DNA of 60,888 nucleotides from Rotaria socialis (Eukaryota): NCBI GenBank assembly GCA_905331295.1, contig CAJNYD010000131.1, positions 62,001 to 122,888 of the forward strand, read 5' to 3'. Shown piece by piece: positions 12,477 to 25,657 of this stretch (position 1 is its first letter; each line of letters starts with the position of its first letter). The notes under the pieces were generated by a model. It saw only the letters and a program-made list of their open reading frames with translations, ran no database searches and was not told where the DNA came from. The position numbers and the translations under genes were made by a program.

Positions 12477-15400
12477 CTAGGATTTAGTATCTAATTTGCG
12501 CCGTTTTACTGATGATGATGATGATGATGCTGTTGTTGTGGTAGTCACTGATGTAGCTACAGCTGCTGCTGCTGCTGGTAACGGTGGTGGCAAAATCGAA
12601 TTTCCATTTTCAAATCGATCAATAAAAGTTTTATTTTCCGAATAAATTTGGTCATGTTTATGAATACAACCAATTAACGCTTTGACTGTTGCTTTCGATA
12701 ATGGAATATTTAAAACAGTTTCATCGATCGTTAAACAATCATTTAATTCATCTTGATCCATTTTATTATGATTTGCAACCGTATTTTTAGTTTGTAGCAA
12801 AATTTCTAAATGTTGTAAAATATATTTTAAACCATTCTCATTTGCCATTTTAATTGTACCAATTTTATAATCAATTTTCTTTTCTGTGTGATCATTTTCG
12901 CGTTGTATCCATTTCTGTAAAATACGTTCGAGATGACGCCAAAATGCATCATGATGTTGTTCATGCCATAGAAGACAAAGTTTTTCCGAAAAATTGCTCG
13001 TTAATTCATGCGCAAATAAACAACAAACAATTCCGTACGTTGGCACTTTTGTTTTCAATATATCATAAACATTATTCAATGCTATTGTATTACGATAGGT
13101 TGTATAATGCATTGATTTAGCTAAACGTTGTTCTCCAATAACTGATTTTGTTTGATTGAGTAAATGTTCAATTATATTGGTAAATAATTGTTCGTAATCA
13201 TTTTGTACGAAATCATGGGCACCTAATAATTTCCAAAAATCTTCTTGCTCATTTGGAGGGAATAGTAAAGTTTGATCAACAATGGAATAGAGTTTGTGAG
13301 AATTAAATAATTGTAATTGATGTTTAAGAATATCACACATGAATTGTTCTAATTCAGAATGATTTATTGTATGTAATAGAAGACGAATTAATTTAATATT
13401 ATTTAAGAATTTTTTCGAATAAAGACGATAGACAAATGAAAATAGATATAGAAATGTTTCTGTATCATCTTGTTCACAGGAACTTAAAATTTCATGAATA
13501 AAATCAATAAAGTCTTGATCATATGTTGGCATTTTAGCTGGTGGAATAGGAGGTCTAAGAAATAGAAATTTATAAATTTTCAGTATAGGATTATTATTCT
13601 TATTGAAAAAAAGCGAGACTTACTTTCTATGACTGCTACTTAATTTAATGATATTGTGTGCAAATTTTTCGAAAATTTCCGTAGCTGTTTTCGAATCATC
13701 GATGTCAGTGGATAAATAATAAAGAAATATATAAGCTAATTCTGGTTGAAAAAAATACATCGATTGCAAAAGTTTTATATAGACGGTTTGATTTTGTAAT
13801 TCATCTTTAATTAAACGAAATAGAACAAATATAGGTAATTGCTTTATTGAACGCTTCAATTTCTGTGGAGGAATGTCACGGAAATTATTTTCCAGTATGG
13901 AATTGTTCTTATTCGATTGTGATACTCGTAATGAAGGTAATAGGCGATTTTGAAATGAATCTTTCAATAACCATAAACATAAAAGTCCATTTACAATGGT
14001 TTGTTCATCGAGCATCGTTAATAAACGTGCTTGAAATTTATCACTTCCTTTTTCAAATTTTATCATTGCATATGAACTAATTGGTCCAGCTGGATCACTT
14101 GCTTGAGTTTTTAGTATAAGTGGACGTTTATCACTTAGAGATAAAGCTATTTGTTTATATATCTGTGTCAGTAATGAAAATCTATTTCGATTCATTGATA
14201 CCGAATAAGCTAGTGCCATTTGTTGAACACGATCATTGATAAATGAACGAAAACGATCAAATGGAAAATCTGTACGTAATATATTTGTATTGTATATATC
14301 AACAGATGCTTTTGATTCTTCATTAATCATTAAAATATCATCGTCGTCATAGTCATGATCGGACATATTCAGAGAACTTGCACGATTTTCATATTCGTCA
14401 TCATCTTCTTCATCGTCAGAAAAATGCGGTACAACGGTCGTATTCACTGGCATTATCATTATATCATTGGATTCTTCATCCACTGTTGTTGGCATAACAG
14501 CATTTGGATTATTATCATCATTGATTAATATTATTTCATCATTCATTGGAACACCTAAAATCAAGAATAATTCAAAATAGAAAATTCTGTAGTTAGCCTT
14601 TGCACTTACTTGTTGTAGTTGATGATTGTAATGAAAAAAACGTTGTAAGTAAACGTTGATAAGTATCTCTGTCGTGTGTAAACATCTGTAGTAATTGTTG
14701 TGAATTTAATATAGGCATACGTTGAAATAATTCCATAAATAATCGTGCAACATTTTGTTGTATGTATGGTTTTAATGATACAATAAAATTTTCTGATGTA
14801 TGCAAAAGAAATAGTAACATTTGTTTAGCATGATAATAGGATATTGCCAGTAGATGATAGCCAACAATAGTAGAATTTAATTGTGCATCGAATTCATTTG
14901 TTATTTGTTGTAAATTATTACTATCGAATAGAAACCAATCATAATAAATAGCTAAACGACATTGAATTATTTGTTCATTGATTTGCATGAGTTGCGGCGA
15001 CGATGATGTTATAAATGCAGCAGCATTTGATGCTGTTTGACTGGCTGACATTAATGATTGCTGTAATGATTGTTGATAATTATATAACTGCGTTAATAAC
15101 CATGATATAAATGTCCAGCGTGTTACTCGATTTGTATTCGGTTGATTACGACAAACAACACATACGTAACGAATAATATGTGAACATAGATAGATCGAAT
15201 CTGGATGTTGTTTAAAATTAAAATATTGACTTTGAAACCATTCAAAGTAATATTTTTCTTGACTATTTATACGACAATTATCAAGAAGAAATTGTAATTG
15301 TTTTTCTAAATCGAATGATAATGGTAGGGCCAAATATTTTGGTTCAGTTTGTAATAGAAGAATTTTCGGTAAATAATCATTCGATGTATTTAATGATAAA

Positions 15401-16116
15401 TGTTTTAAAAATAGATCAATTTCACGTATATGTCCTATTTGAGTTAGTAGTCGCATAGCATCACGACCAATACAATGAATATTTTCACGTGTTAATGTTA
15501 ATATAAAATCAATTTGTCGTTGTTGTTGTGATCGTCGACGTATATAAATAGGAAATATAGAAAGAAACGTGTAAATTGTTAATAACATCATTTCAGGATA
15601 TGTTTTTAAAAATAATGGATGTGCTAAAAGAAGTTCAAGAATAGTTTCACATAAATCTAAACATTGTTCATGAGGATTTATTTGACGTAGAAAAACATAA
15701 TAGAGACGATCGATACCATCGATGTTAGCTGTTAAAGTTTCACGTAGTAGCCATAATAATTGTTGACGTACACTATCATGAATGCGACGCCAGTTTTTTA
15801 TTATTAATGCTTCAAGAGTCGATATGATTGATGATAGATTTGTGCCATTGAGAAGTAATAGATCATGAAAATATTTTGCTTTATTATTCATATCAGTTAA
15901 TATGCCATAGAGTAGTGCATGGGATATGTGTTCTTTATGTTTTTTGTTTGATTGTCCGATTTGTAGAAGAATATTTGAATCCATGGTATAACGATTTTGT
16001 TGGATAGCAGCAAAACATGATTCAAGATAAGCATCGCTTGGATCTTTTAATTCAATTGGATTATAAAGTAAAAGTTTTGAATCAGGTGAAGTTAATTTTA
16101 TATTATTTGATGCCAT
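12477..16116 (-). CDS. INTS3: Integrator complex subunit 3 / SOSS-A (3 exons)
   Basis: N-terminus KLLLYNPIELKD...HEHISHALLYGILTD, VRQQLLWLLRE, YFEWFQSQY, IIRYVCVV, RWTFISWLL, LAIYYDWFLFD; central FSDDEED acidic patch; QPELAYIFLYYL; C-terminal KRRKL NLS. ORFs 14593-16116, 13620-14564 and 12477-13532 are joined by short introns. Confidence 0.85.
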
Positions 16117-16632
16117 TTTGATAGATTGAATGCTTTTATTTTAAATGTTTTATCATTTAGAAATATAAGATCTAGCAGGGAGAATGATCGAGTCAAATTT
16201 TAAATTTTCATCGAAGTGTATGGAATTCAATGCATCAATCCATACTTTGCTTGACAGAGGGCGCGAATATACGAGCAATTATTTTTATAGCAAGTATTAG
16301 ACTGTGAAAATGATGAGCACAATCTCTATTTCTTATGAATTCAAGTTTCGATATTCTTTTTCGTTAAGTGATAGTTTTTTTTGTACCCGTACGTCTACGA
16401 AAAAAATGGTTTTATATTGTGGTACTTTTATGTTAAGATAAATAGCAAAACCATTGAAATTCTTACAGCTTGTCATTTGTTGAAGATGCACTAAAGGTAC
16501 TAAAAGGAGTAAAGAGATAGCTTGGTGAATCTAAAAGTAAAATGATATAAATTTTATTTTATTTTTTGTGGATCCCTCTCATTTTCATTTATTTCAAAGT
16601 AGAAAATAAAGACGAAAAAACAAGTCAAAAGT

Positions 16633-17543
16633 CTATGTAATGGAAAATCGTTGAACACGATGATTATTTTCGTCGACGGCATAGAGATTACCACGCCGAT
16701 CGAAAGACAGACCACGGAGGTAGCCGAACTGCTTTGCACCTGCTCCTTCAACATTTCCATCCACAATCACACTGCCTTGTTTCGCTCCTTGAGGCCAACG
16801 CATTACACGATGATTCCCCTGGTCTGCTACATAGAGTGTACCCAACGTATCAACGACGATTCCGAGAGGATAAGACAATTGTGTTAGAGCTTTCCCTTGT
16901 CCTTGACCTCCAGCGACGACAATGCCTTCTTTCTCACCTTTAGCCCATTTCATTACACGGTGATTGTTATTGTCTGACACGTAGATCTTCTGTTGTCGAT
17001 CGACAAACAGATATGTCGGAAACTTGAGTTGATTGAGTCCATCACCTTGTCCATTTCCACCAGCTACAAGAGTGCCATTCTGCTCACCTAATTGATATCG
17101 TCTTACTTCATGTTTACCGGCGTCAGAGACGTAGAGATATCTCTGTTCATCCATAGCTAATCCCCAACATTGGATGTTGTCGATGAGTATTTCACCTTGT
17201 GTTGTGCCACTACGACGAGACCATCGTACAACTCGTCGATTTGCGTAATCGCAAATAATGAGATTATTCGTCTCTTTGTCGATTAATATACCAGCTGGTC
17301 GATTCAATTGATGCAATCCATTTCCTTGACCATTGCCACCAGCAGCGACTTGTCCATTTGTTGTATCGCCTTTCTTCCATTGGATAATACGAGCATTCAA
17401 CCAATCAGCGGCAATCACTGTTTGATCATCATCAACATAGAGACCTTCAGGCCAGTTCAGTTGATTAGTGGCACTGCCATTCCCGTGACCTCCAGCAACA
17501 GTCACACCATTCTGTGTCCATTTCGCATTAGCAGAAATATTAA
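16633..17543 (-). CDS. NHL-repeat beta-propeller exon
   Basis: NAKWTQNGVTVAGG followed by six QLxxPxG(L/I)xVD...YVSD..NHRV repeats; preceded by a splice acceptor rather than its own start codon. Confidence 0.9.
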
Positions 17544-18264
17544 CTACAAGAAAACAAAAGAGCAAAGGACATTATTCTCTTAAGTAGTACTATTAGAAAA
17601 GACGACATAAAAAATGTGAAAAGAACGGTAAAATTTAGCTAACCCGGTGGTATGAAGTCTATTAGTAACAGTACTAAAATGATCTAATTTCGGAAGTAGG
17701 GAAAATTCCATATGGATCTTTTTGTGTACTGGAAGTAGCCGAAAGAAAACTGGAAGATTCTTCAAGGAATCATTACGAAATCCTAGAAAAAGCTATGTAA
17801 AACCCAACTGTGAAATCATGAGGATTGAAAGAGAGGTTTTCAAGGCATTTTTTACGGGAAAAATTAGAAAGTTCCAGAAGTTCTATAATTAGTAAATATC
17901 ATCAGAAAGTTCTGAAATCCTAAGAATTACGAAAGATTCTGGTTCGAAATCAGATAGGAGTAGTTGATTTTTGCCAGATTCAATACTTAAAGATGATTGG
18001 ACTCGACTTAGTTTGGATCAGGTCTGTTTAGTTGCTCTCATCACTACTGTCAATCCACTTTACTAAATACTAAGCTATGCGATACAACGATTATGATGGA
18101 GTTCATCTTTATCGTTGCAGATTAGGTATTTTTTACATTTCATCTCCAGTTTTCTTCAGCCGGGTACGGTTTTTGGAGAAAATAACAGTTTTCAGCATCA
18201 TTTAGATAGAATGCCGAATAGCGTGTGAAATACCTACATGTTCGACTTCGATAAGGTTGAATTT

Positions 18265-18480
18265 TCACTTCATTCATGGTTGTTGCATACAAAACCAGGT
18301 CGTCATTCATGGTTGTTGCATCCAAAACCAGGTCGTCATTCATGGTTGGTTCTATTGAAACCAGTTTTTCATTAAGTTTCGATTCTATTGAAACCAACTT
18401 TTGATTAAGTCTTGATTCAACTGAAACCAGTTTTTCATTAAGTCTTGATTCTAGTGAAGCCAGTTTTGGATTCAAGCGCG
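18265..18480 (-). repeat. 33-bp coding tandem repeat (11-aa hendecad units)
   Basis: LASLESRLNEK/LVSVESRLNQK/LVSIESKLNEK/LVSIEPTMNDD/LVLDATTMNDD/LVLYATTMNEV. Confidence 0.85.
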
Positions 18481-19152
18481 ATTCAATAGCGCTCATGTTC
18501 GCTTTCATGACTTCCAAATCTATTGTTAGATTCTTGGGGAATACGTCAAATCTACTTGATAAACGATGGTATCCGCCTGCAAGCCAATCTGTGAAGGGAC
18601 GACTAATATATCTGTATGGACAGCGGAGTGGCATAACATGTACCTTTGTTCGACGTTTTACATAAACGATGCTTGAAAATAGTTTTGAGCTAGTGTTAAA
18701 CAAGCCAAAATTGACAAGTTTAACATCAATTGGTTTTGGTTTTATTATATTACCTTCGATTTCAATGTAGTCTGACAAAAACTGGATCAATTTTTCTGCA
18801 TCTCTTCGCGTTAGAATAATGTTTGTACCATTTTCATTGTCATTAGACGTGGCGTTATATCGATCTTTATATATTTCGGTGTGATTCAGAACATCATACA
18901 ACGTACTTCCTAAACCTATACCTAAATGAGCGCCAGCATCAGAAATATGTGAAGTATTTTGAGAGTTTGTAGTGAGACGTTTTACTACTTCGTCAAATTT
19001 TTGTCTGTCATAAAGTTTTAGATCTTGTCTTCTAACTTCTTTTGCTTGCGAAATATCATATCGAAATTTGTTTGCATCAGTAACATCTTGTTTTAGAACT
19101 TTATTAAGCACTGTCGACAACCGGTCAGGTCGTGTTAATTCAGATGTCCAAT

Positions 19153-19822
19153 CCCAGGTGACCAAAAGACTAGTAAAAAGACTAGTCTTTTTTCTAGACA
19201 AGTCGGCCGTCCAGTCTAGTCTTTTTCTCAAAATGTCCTAGTACAGTCCTAGTCTGAAATCTCGCATAGTCCATAGTGCCCGTCCGGACTATGAAAGTGA
19301 CTGGAGTCATTCTATTTGCCATGCGTAGTCTTTTTCAAAAAAAAGTCTAGACATGCTGTACCATCCTGACGCCCGTCAAAAATATGATTCTAAATAAAAG
19401 TAAGAGCGTCCATGACGCTTTACATGACGAGTTGTGGTCTTATATAATGACGAGATCCTGACTAGTCTAAACTGAAATATTTTATGACTACAACTAGATT
19501 CGAACACACATACCAACTATTACTTACCCATCGTTCAGACCATTGAGCCATTTGATCGAGAGATCAATTTATCAGTATTTCTAGTCATTCTAAGATGCTT
19601 TAAAATACGAATTTTTTCTAAGTTTTATTCANACGGATAAAATGACAAACGGACTAGTCATAACGATGCTCTGGAATAGCTTGGACCAGTCCAGACGGGT
19701 AAAAGGACATACGGACTAGTCACAATAGATGTGGAAGACGTATTAGACTAGACTTGACGGGTATAGCAGACTTTTTGGACTAGTCATGCCGCCCGTCCTC
19801 CCTATTTTTTTGCTCACTTGGG
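19153..19822. mobile_element. CCC-ended MITE (CMC/EnSpm-like) with GACTAGTC-rich interior, inserted in coding exon
   Basis: TIRs CCCAGGTGACCAAAA / TTTTGCTCACTTGGG; AT TSD at 19151-19152 and 19823-19824. Confidence 0.9.
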
Positions 19823-22334
19823 ATAGAGCGAATCCCAAAGACGATCATTGGTATTTGTCAATCTAACTTGTTTATATTGCAATCGGCGGTCAAGTAATCG
19901 ATCAATTCCAATTGGGTCATGTAAGCCTTCATACCCTTCTTCAACTCGCAAAACCATTGTAATTTGATCCATAGTTTCACTCAAGAGATTCTTGTAGGCA
20001 TTTTCAGTCAGAGCAACCATGTTCTGAGCATTGGAATGAAATTGAGACTTGATCTGAGTGTAAATCGATGTGCTCGTAATATGTTCTGTAGTAACCTCCA
20101 CATTTCTCGATGTTGTTTGTTGAGTGTCTAATGAGTATTGAATTTCGAAATTCGGTAGACGGCAACGAGAGATGATTGAATCTTGAAAACTTTCACAGAT
20201 GGACATATTCAATGTATATATAATAAATTCCATCGTCTGTCGAAGTGGTGTATTACTATACCATTGATTATCCAAAGTGTACTTAATTTGTGACTCTTTT
20301 GTTCGATTTCCTTTTTCAAATAGACGGATGGAGTGCATTGGCAAAAGTGAAGCAGAACAATGTTCAGTGCGACAAATCTTTTGATGTTTTTTAATATGAC
20401 TTTCAATCGATTCCAATAAATCTGTAGTATAAAGCGAAAGAACCAATGTGAGTTCGGTACGACCACTGAAATCATTGTAGTTACATGCAGTATAATTTGG
20501 TTCGATATATGGAAATGGTGTAAAGAAAAACTCGGATGCTTTTTGTTTATTTTTTAATAGAATGACCTCACCATCTTGATATTTAAAACGACCAATACTA
20601 GTTATTACTATGGTTTCGTTTTGTATATAATGTTTGATAATAGGTGAATTATGAACAGCAGTCATAGAGCGCTTCCATTCATCTTGCCCAACAGTGTTAA
20701 CAATTATCAAAACCATGCCCAGAAAAATTCGTGTAGATAACAACTGCATTTTCTAAAAGTAGATAAAAAAAAGTTGCTGACTGCTACTCGAACATGTAAA
20801 ATTCAGCAACATAATATCAGAGATAGTCTGATCCACACTCATTATTTGATACATTCTCAGTTGTCTATGTATAGGTATAGGCGGTGTTATATATAATTGT
20901 AATAATAACAAACAAAATCAGATCTGATTATTGCTAAATTGAAAAAAAACAGTAGTTCACTGAAATCTTTGTAATGAATCTATAAATGTTGTATTAGAAT
21001 AAAAGTATATTTCGAAACTGAACTGAATTCACTGTAAGTACCGATTGTGATAGTTTATTTATTAAAAATATTCTTTGAAATATAATGTCTGTTGATTTGT
21101 TATCTGAAAATGAAAATTTTCTTAAAATTCAGGTATCATGGCTCTAGAATAATTCGAAATCCATAAATGTTTTTACTATGTTTAAAAACTGGAAGTCCTA
21201 ATGTTCATTAATATAATACACAAAATAACAAATAGAAATACCATTTTACTTATAATTTATACAGTTAACATTTATTTTGAATATATTAGAGCATGATGAG
21301 GGTGATATAATTATTTTTGAACTGGAAGGATTGAATAAGTTTAATAAGTAGATTTAAACTAATTTTCAAGCAGTTATTATTTGTTAAATTCTTAGTTTTT
21401 ATAGAAGTTATTAATATAGATTATTACTAAAGTACTGTAAATATCTGATTTTTTTGTAACTTATCTTTTTTCTTTTCTCAATCATTCTATTGCGACGAAT
21501 GTCGATTACATGAAGCAAAAGGAAGAAAATAACATCGAGACTTACTTCCGTTAGCTATTCTAGAATAATCTTGATATGAATGTATGTTTGTCTCTCTATA
21601 GCATACGATTGTATTTATACATATTAGAACTTTGGGTACGATGAGAAATTCTTAGCTCGTCCATCATTTCCAGGAAACATTCACTCATGTTAGCACGTTA
21701 TTATAGGGATTGATACTATCATTACTTTTTTAAAATGGTGTTCTTATCGATGTCGCTGACATAAGAGATGTATTTCTGTATCTACTTTCAGATTTATCTT
21801 TATGGTATCATGTTTTCTATGAGAAGTCCAAGAGATCAAAGTATTCTGTATCATAGGTAATGTAGGAATAACCACGTATGTGCAGATGTGTCAAATAAAA
21901 GAGAGAAAGAAAACTAGAGTATAATATTAAGATATAATCGTCAGAAAGAGATGTAGAAAACATATCAAGAGAATCAACTTCTACATCATCGCTTTGACAA
22001 GAAAAACATGTCACAGCTAAATATTTATCTTTTTAAAGATGTGACTGGAGACAGGACAATTAAATGAAATCAGCAAGTAATGATGCATTTATATTAGACA
22101 AAACAGAAATAAAAAATGACACATGAAGGGAGATCCTAAAGTGGTTTATGGAGAAAAAACTTCTGAATATATGTGACACGTATTCCATAAATTGATTGAA
22201 TTTTTACTAATGAGAACGAATTTGTGCTAATGTGTAAATACGATATATTTTAAGCGGTATGGAAAAACCTTAACTAAAACGAACTTTGTGCAGTCAGTGA
22301 AAAGTGGTCAAAATGCAGAAGAGATCCCAGCTTC

Positions 22335-23513
22335 TTAGGTGCGTTTTTGATTGTATAATACTCGCCCATGTTTTCCCATCAAACGACCGGGGTTGACTAG
22401 AGAGACTTGTAAATTATTTTCGCTTGATCCCTTAAGATATATAATATGTCTTTTTAATTGTTCCGATTCATCGTAGTCGTAGTTTTCAAAATTGAATATA
22501 CTCCTGGGAATAATTAAGTATTCTTCTTCTTCCGGAAAGTTAGAAATCCCTGAAATGTCGCGTCCAATGTTAATCAAACTGCCATGGCGCTTCTCCTTTA
22601 CGTTGAGATCGATAATAAGTAAAGTATTTCCATAAATTTCAGCTAATTTTCGATTTTTACTTGTCGATGTAAATGTGGTAAATCGCATCTCCTTCTTCAT
22701 GAAATTTTTTCGTTCTTCATCGGTTAGAGTGATACCACGATATACAATCGAAGGAAATGAATTATCACCTTGGTCGTTTATATATGAACGTAATAAAACG
22801 CAAAACGGACCGATCGTGTTAACTTTTTTTCGTGTCATCGTTGAGAGATCTCGAATAACGCTATTGATTAGTTTATACCAAAATGTCTCTCGCGTATAGA
22901 GATAAACCAGAGTCTTACCAATTTCCGATGGAATAGCATTAGGACCAAATTGTATATTTTCACCATAGTTTTTCACGTTATTTAATTGTCGTGCTAACCA
23001 TCGCGCTTTTTCTGCTTCTCCGATTGCAATTCCTTCTTCAATTATTCCACTCGAAGCCTCTTGGATTAGGTCACTAATTGTTTTCTTATTATCAGCATTT
23101 TCAAGCTCTCGATAAATATCATCAAGCGAACCTTCGTTCAGCCAATATTTCAGTAAATCATCTGCTCCTAACATTTTTTGATCGGAACATGTTGTCGTTA
23201 TTGTTGTTGAAGTAGAAATTGTTATCGGAGATGAAAATCTATCTTCTCTCAATTGTACATTTGTAAGGTGTTTATCAAACTGATCGCGTTTCATTGGCCA
23301 TCGCTCATGGGAGTTCTTTTTCTGTTGAACCTGCTGTTTCAAATTAATCGTATAACCACCGTCAATGTCGACATACTCCTGTTTTTCATTGTGAGCATCT
23401 TCAATAATTTCATTTTCAACATCCAAATATTCTTCCCATGTCTCATCAAATGATTTCCAATACCATTGAAAATTACGTGGACGCTCATAGCAGGGTACAC
23501 AAGACTGCGCCAT
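22335..23513 (-). CDS. WWE-domain + toxin-type (R-S-E) ADP-ribosyltransferase
   Basis: FQWYWKS...WEEYLDVENEIIEDAH...YTINLKQQVQ (WWE); YLYTRE..YKLINS, VYRG, FTSTS, PEEEEYL (ART). Likely start MAQSC at 23513, after a 5'UTR intron. Confidence 0.85.
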   Translation of the reverse strand: MAQSCVPCYERPRNFQWYWKSFDETWEEYLDVENEIIEDAHNEKQEYVDIDGGYTINLKQQVQQKKNSHERWPMKRDQFDKHLTNVQLREDRFSSPITISTSTTITTTCSDQKMLGADDLLKYWLNEGSLDDIYRELENADNKKTISDLIQEASSGIIEEGIAIGEAEKARWLARQLNNVKNYGENIQFGPNAIPSEIGKTLVYLYTRETFWYKLINSVIRDLSTMTRKKVNTIGPFCVLLRSYINDQGDNSFPSIVYRGITLTDEERKNFMKKEMRFTTFTSTSKNRKLAEIYGNTLLIIDLNVKEKRHGSLINIGRDISGISNFPEEEEYLIIPRSIFNFENYDYDESEQLKRHIIYLKGSSENNLQVSLVNPGRLMGKHGRVLYNQKRT

Positions 23514-24707
23514 AATATTTTTTTTCTTTCTATTACGTAATATCAGAGGAGGAGCCTGCTTTTTTTTATAACTCAGTATGTGTGACATATTTCGTTCTCT
23601 TTTCTCTTTTATATATGTTGGAAGAAAGTATCCGTTTTCGGGTACGATGGGATGTGACACATTTGCTTACTTACGAAACACTTTCATTTATATTATCATA
23701 CTCGTCCTCACCCACAGTCAAGACAGTAAAATGGTTTTTATATCGTGTTATTTAGTGATAATATGAGTAAAAACATATATAACAGTTTTATCTTTGCGCA
23801 GAGTGAAATAGTCATGATGCAAACATTTATTAATCTGCGTATCATTTGTTTCAATATATAGTGCTTGGGACGTGAAAGCATACAAAAATACATTATCCCA
23901 AGAGTTGATGGCTTCATTGACGGAAAATCTTGATGATCCGAATAGTGTATGGCTCGATGTTGATGGGTGTGCGTGTGATTTCATTGAAAAAAAGATGAAT
24001 ATAGCGTCCTTTAGAATAGAATGATAGAGTAATGGAATAGACGCTAAACAAAGAAAAGATGCATGAGAACCGACTGTAGAAATGCATGTGAATGAATAGA
24101 CGAGACATAAATTTGGAAATGTATCAGATTAGTAGCAACACAGATAGTTTAGAATTTTCTATAGATCGTTTATAACGAATTATTAATATCTTGTTTGTTC
24201 ATTGGTGACTTTTTGTGTTGCTGCTGATGATGATTCCATTCTTGTTAACATTGTTCTGGGAGGTTTCTTTATTATCAACATGCTTTGTAAACTAAGATTC
24301 AATATTGTACCTAGAATTAATCGAGTATGTTTGAATCCTGACGCTGGATAACATATTAGATATTTTCCTCGGTGCACTTGAAGAAGTCGAAAATAAAAAT
24401 TTTGACAAAGCTGTTCAAGTAAGTACACATGAATATTGTTATTATTAACGACTGCTATTTATATCTGTAGATGTTAGATTTGATTATTAATCAAATACCA
24501 CAGCCACTTGAAGAAAAGCATAAACCAAAGCTGATTAGAATTTTAAGACATAGATGTGATGCAAACTTTCGAGCTGAATCGTATCAAGGTGACTGAATAT
24601 TTTTCTTAGGAAGATAACAAAAATTCATAGCCAATGGTCACTGTTTTTGCGACTCTATATTCATCTTTTCTTTATTCGTTTACTAAATAAAAGTACATTC
24701 CAGATGT

Positions 24708-25657
24708 CGCAGGTCGAACATTACGACGGCTTGATACGATCGTAAACGGCCGCTTACGGCAACGTATATGTAACCTGGTTTTACTACAAAAAGAAAATCT
24801 GAATATTTCTTTTCTAGAGAATCACGTATTTGTTCATTCATTATGGACCAACTTGAAACACTCAATATCTGTCATACTAAATGTAAGTACGCTTGTAATG
24901 AACTTTTGCAGAGGTTTTACGGGTCTGTCAAATATTCAATGAGAATATCCGGTTTGAAACTTGAGAAATATACATGTTGTTTTTCAATAATGAATCAGTC
25001 ATAAGAAGCAAATGTTTAAAAAACCAACTTGACTTTTTCCGACATCATTTCAATCGATAATGCTTCATTAAAAAAATACGAAAATTTCTCAAAAAGACTT
25101 CGAAACGAGAAAATCTCATGAGCAATACATTCATAAATGAAAATATCTACATAAAGTTTTTTTTAAATAAAATCTATGCTGTTAATGCATTTATAAAGTC
25201 TTTTCTTTCAACTTCTCAGAATCTTACACATATCAATATATTGCTATTCTTGAAATATTCATTTTTAATTGAACTGTTTTGTTTCGAGCTCGATATTACC
25301 TGTCATTGTATATATGCATCATTTGACTGAATCCACTTTGTTACTTAATGATTTATTCTTTTTTTTTAATTAGTTAAATCCAAGTGGTACTCTAATTGTT
25401 TGTTGAAATTCGAAGTTTTGGACTGTGACTTTTTTTACGGAGTAAGTTTGTTGAAAGTAAGCATTTCACAGAGACGAAAGTAGTTAATATGAAAATAAAA
25501 GAAAGATTTATTTCGAAGGATGAAACGGGTAATTCAATCACGGTCGTAAACGACTGTGTACGGAGAAATACGACACGACGATATACGAGCGTAATACTGA
25601 GTCATGTATTACGGCCAAAATACGACGGTATATGGACTTCGTAATCCTCGGCCTGGG
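24708..25657. mobile_element. Degenerate CCCAGG-family TIR element
   Basis: Left CGCAGGTCGAACATTACGA vs right reverse complement CCCAGGCCGAGGATTACGA; TACGAC/CGTAAACG-rich subterminal blocks at both ends. Confidence 0.55.

Larger units (their letters stand above)
16633..20749 (-). pseudogene. Secreted unknown-domain + 11-aa-repeat coiled coil + NHL beta-propeller gene, disrupted in exon 1 by a MITE
   Basis: Signal-like MQLLSTRIFLGMVLIIVNTVG. Removing 19153-19822 and one AT restores DRLWDSLY-WTSELTRPDRL in frame. Phase-1 donor at 18237 (ACA T|GTAGGT) matches the acceptor at 17544 (CTTGTAG|TT AAT) of the NHL exon. Confidence 0.7.

Noticed and set aside
19153..19231. N-terminus of ORF 18140-19231 as an independent gene
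   Set aside because: These codons come from the MITE; the rest continues ORF 19814-20749.
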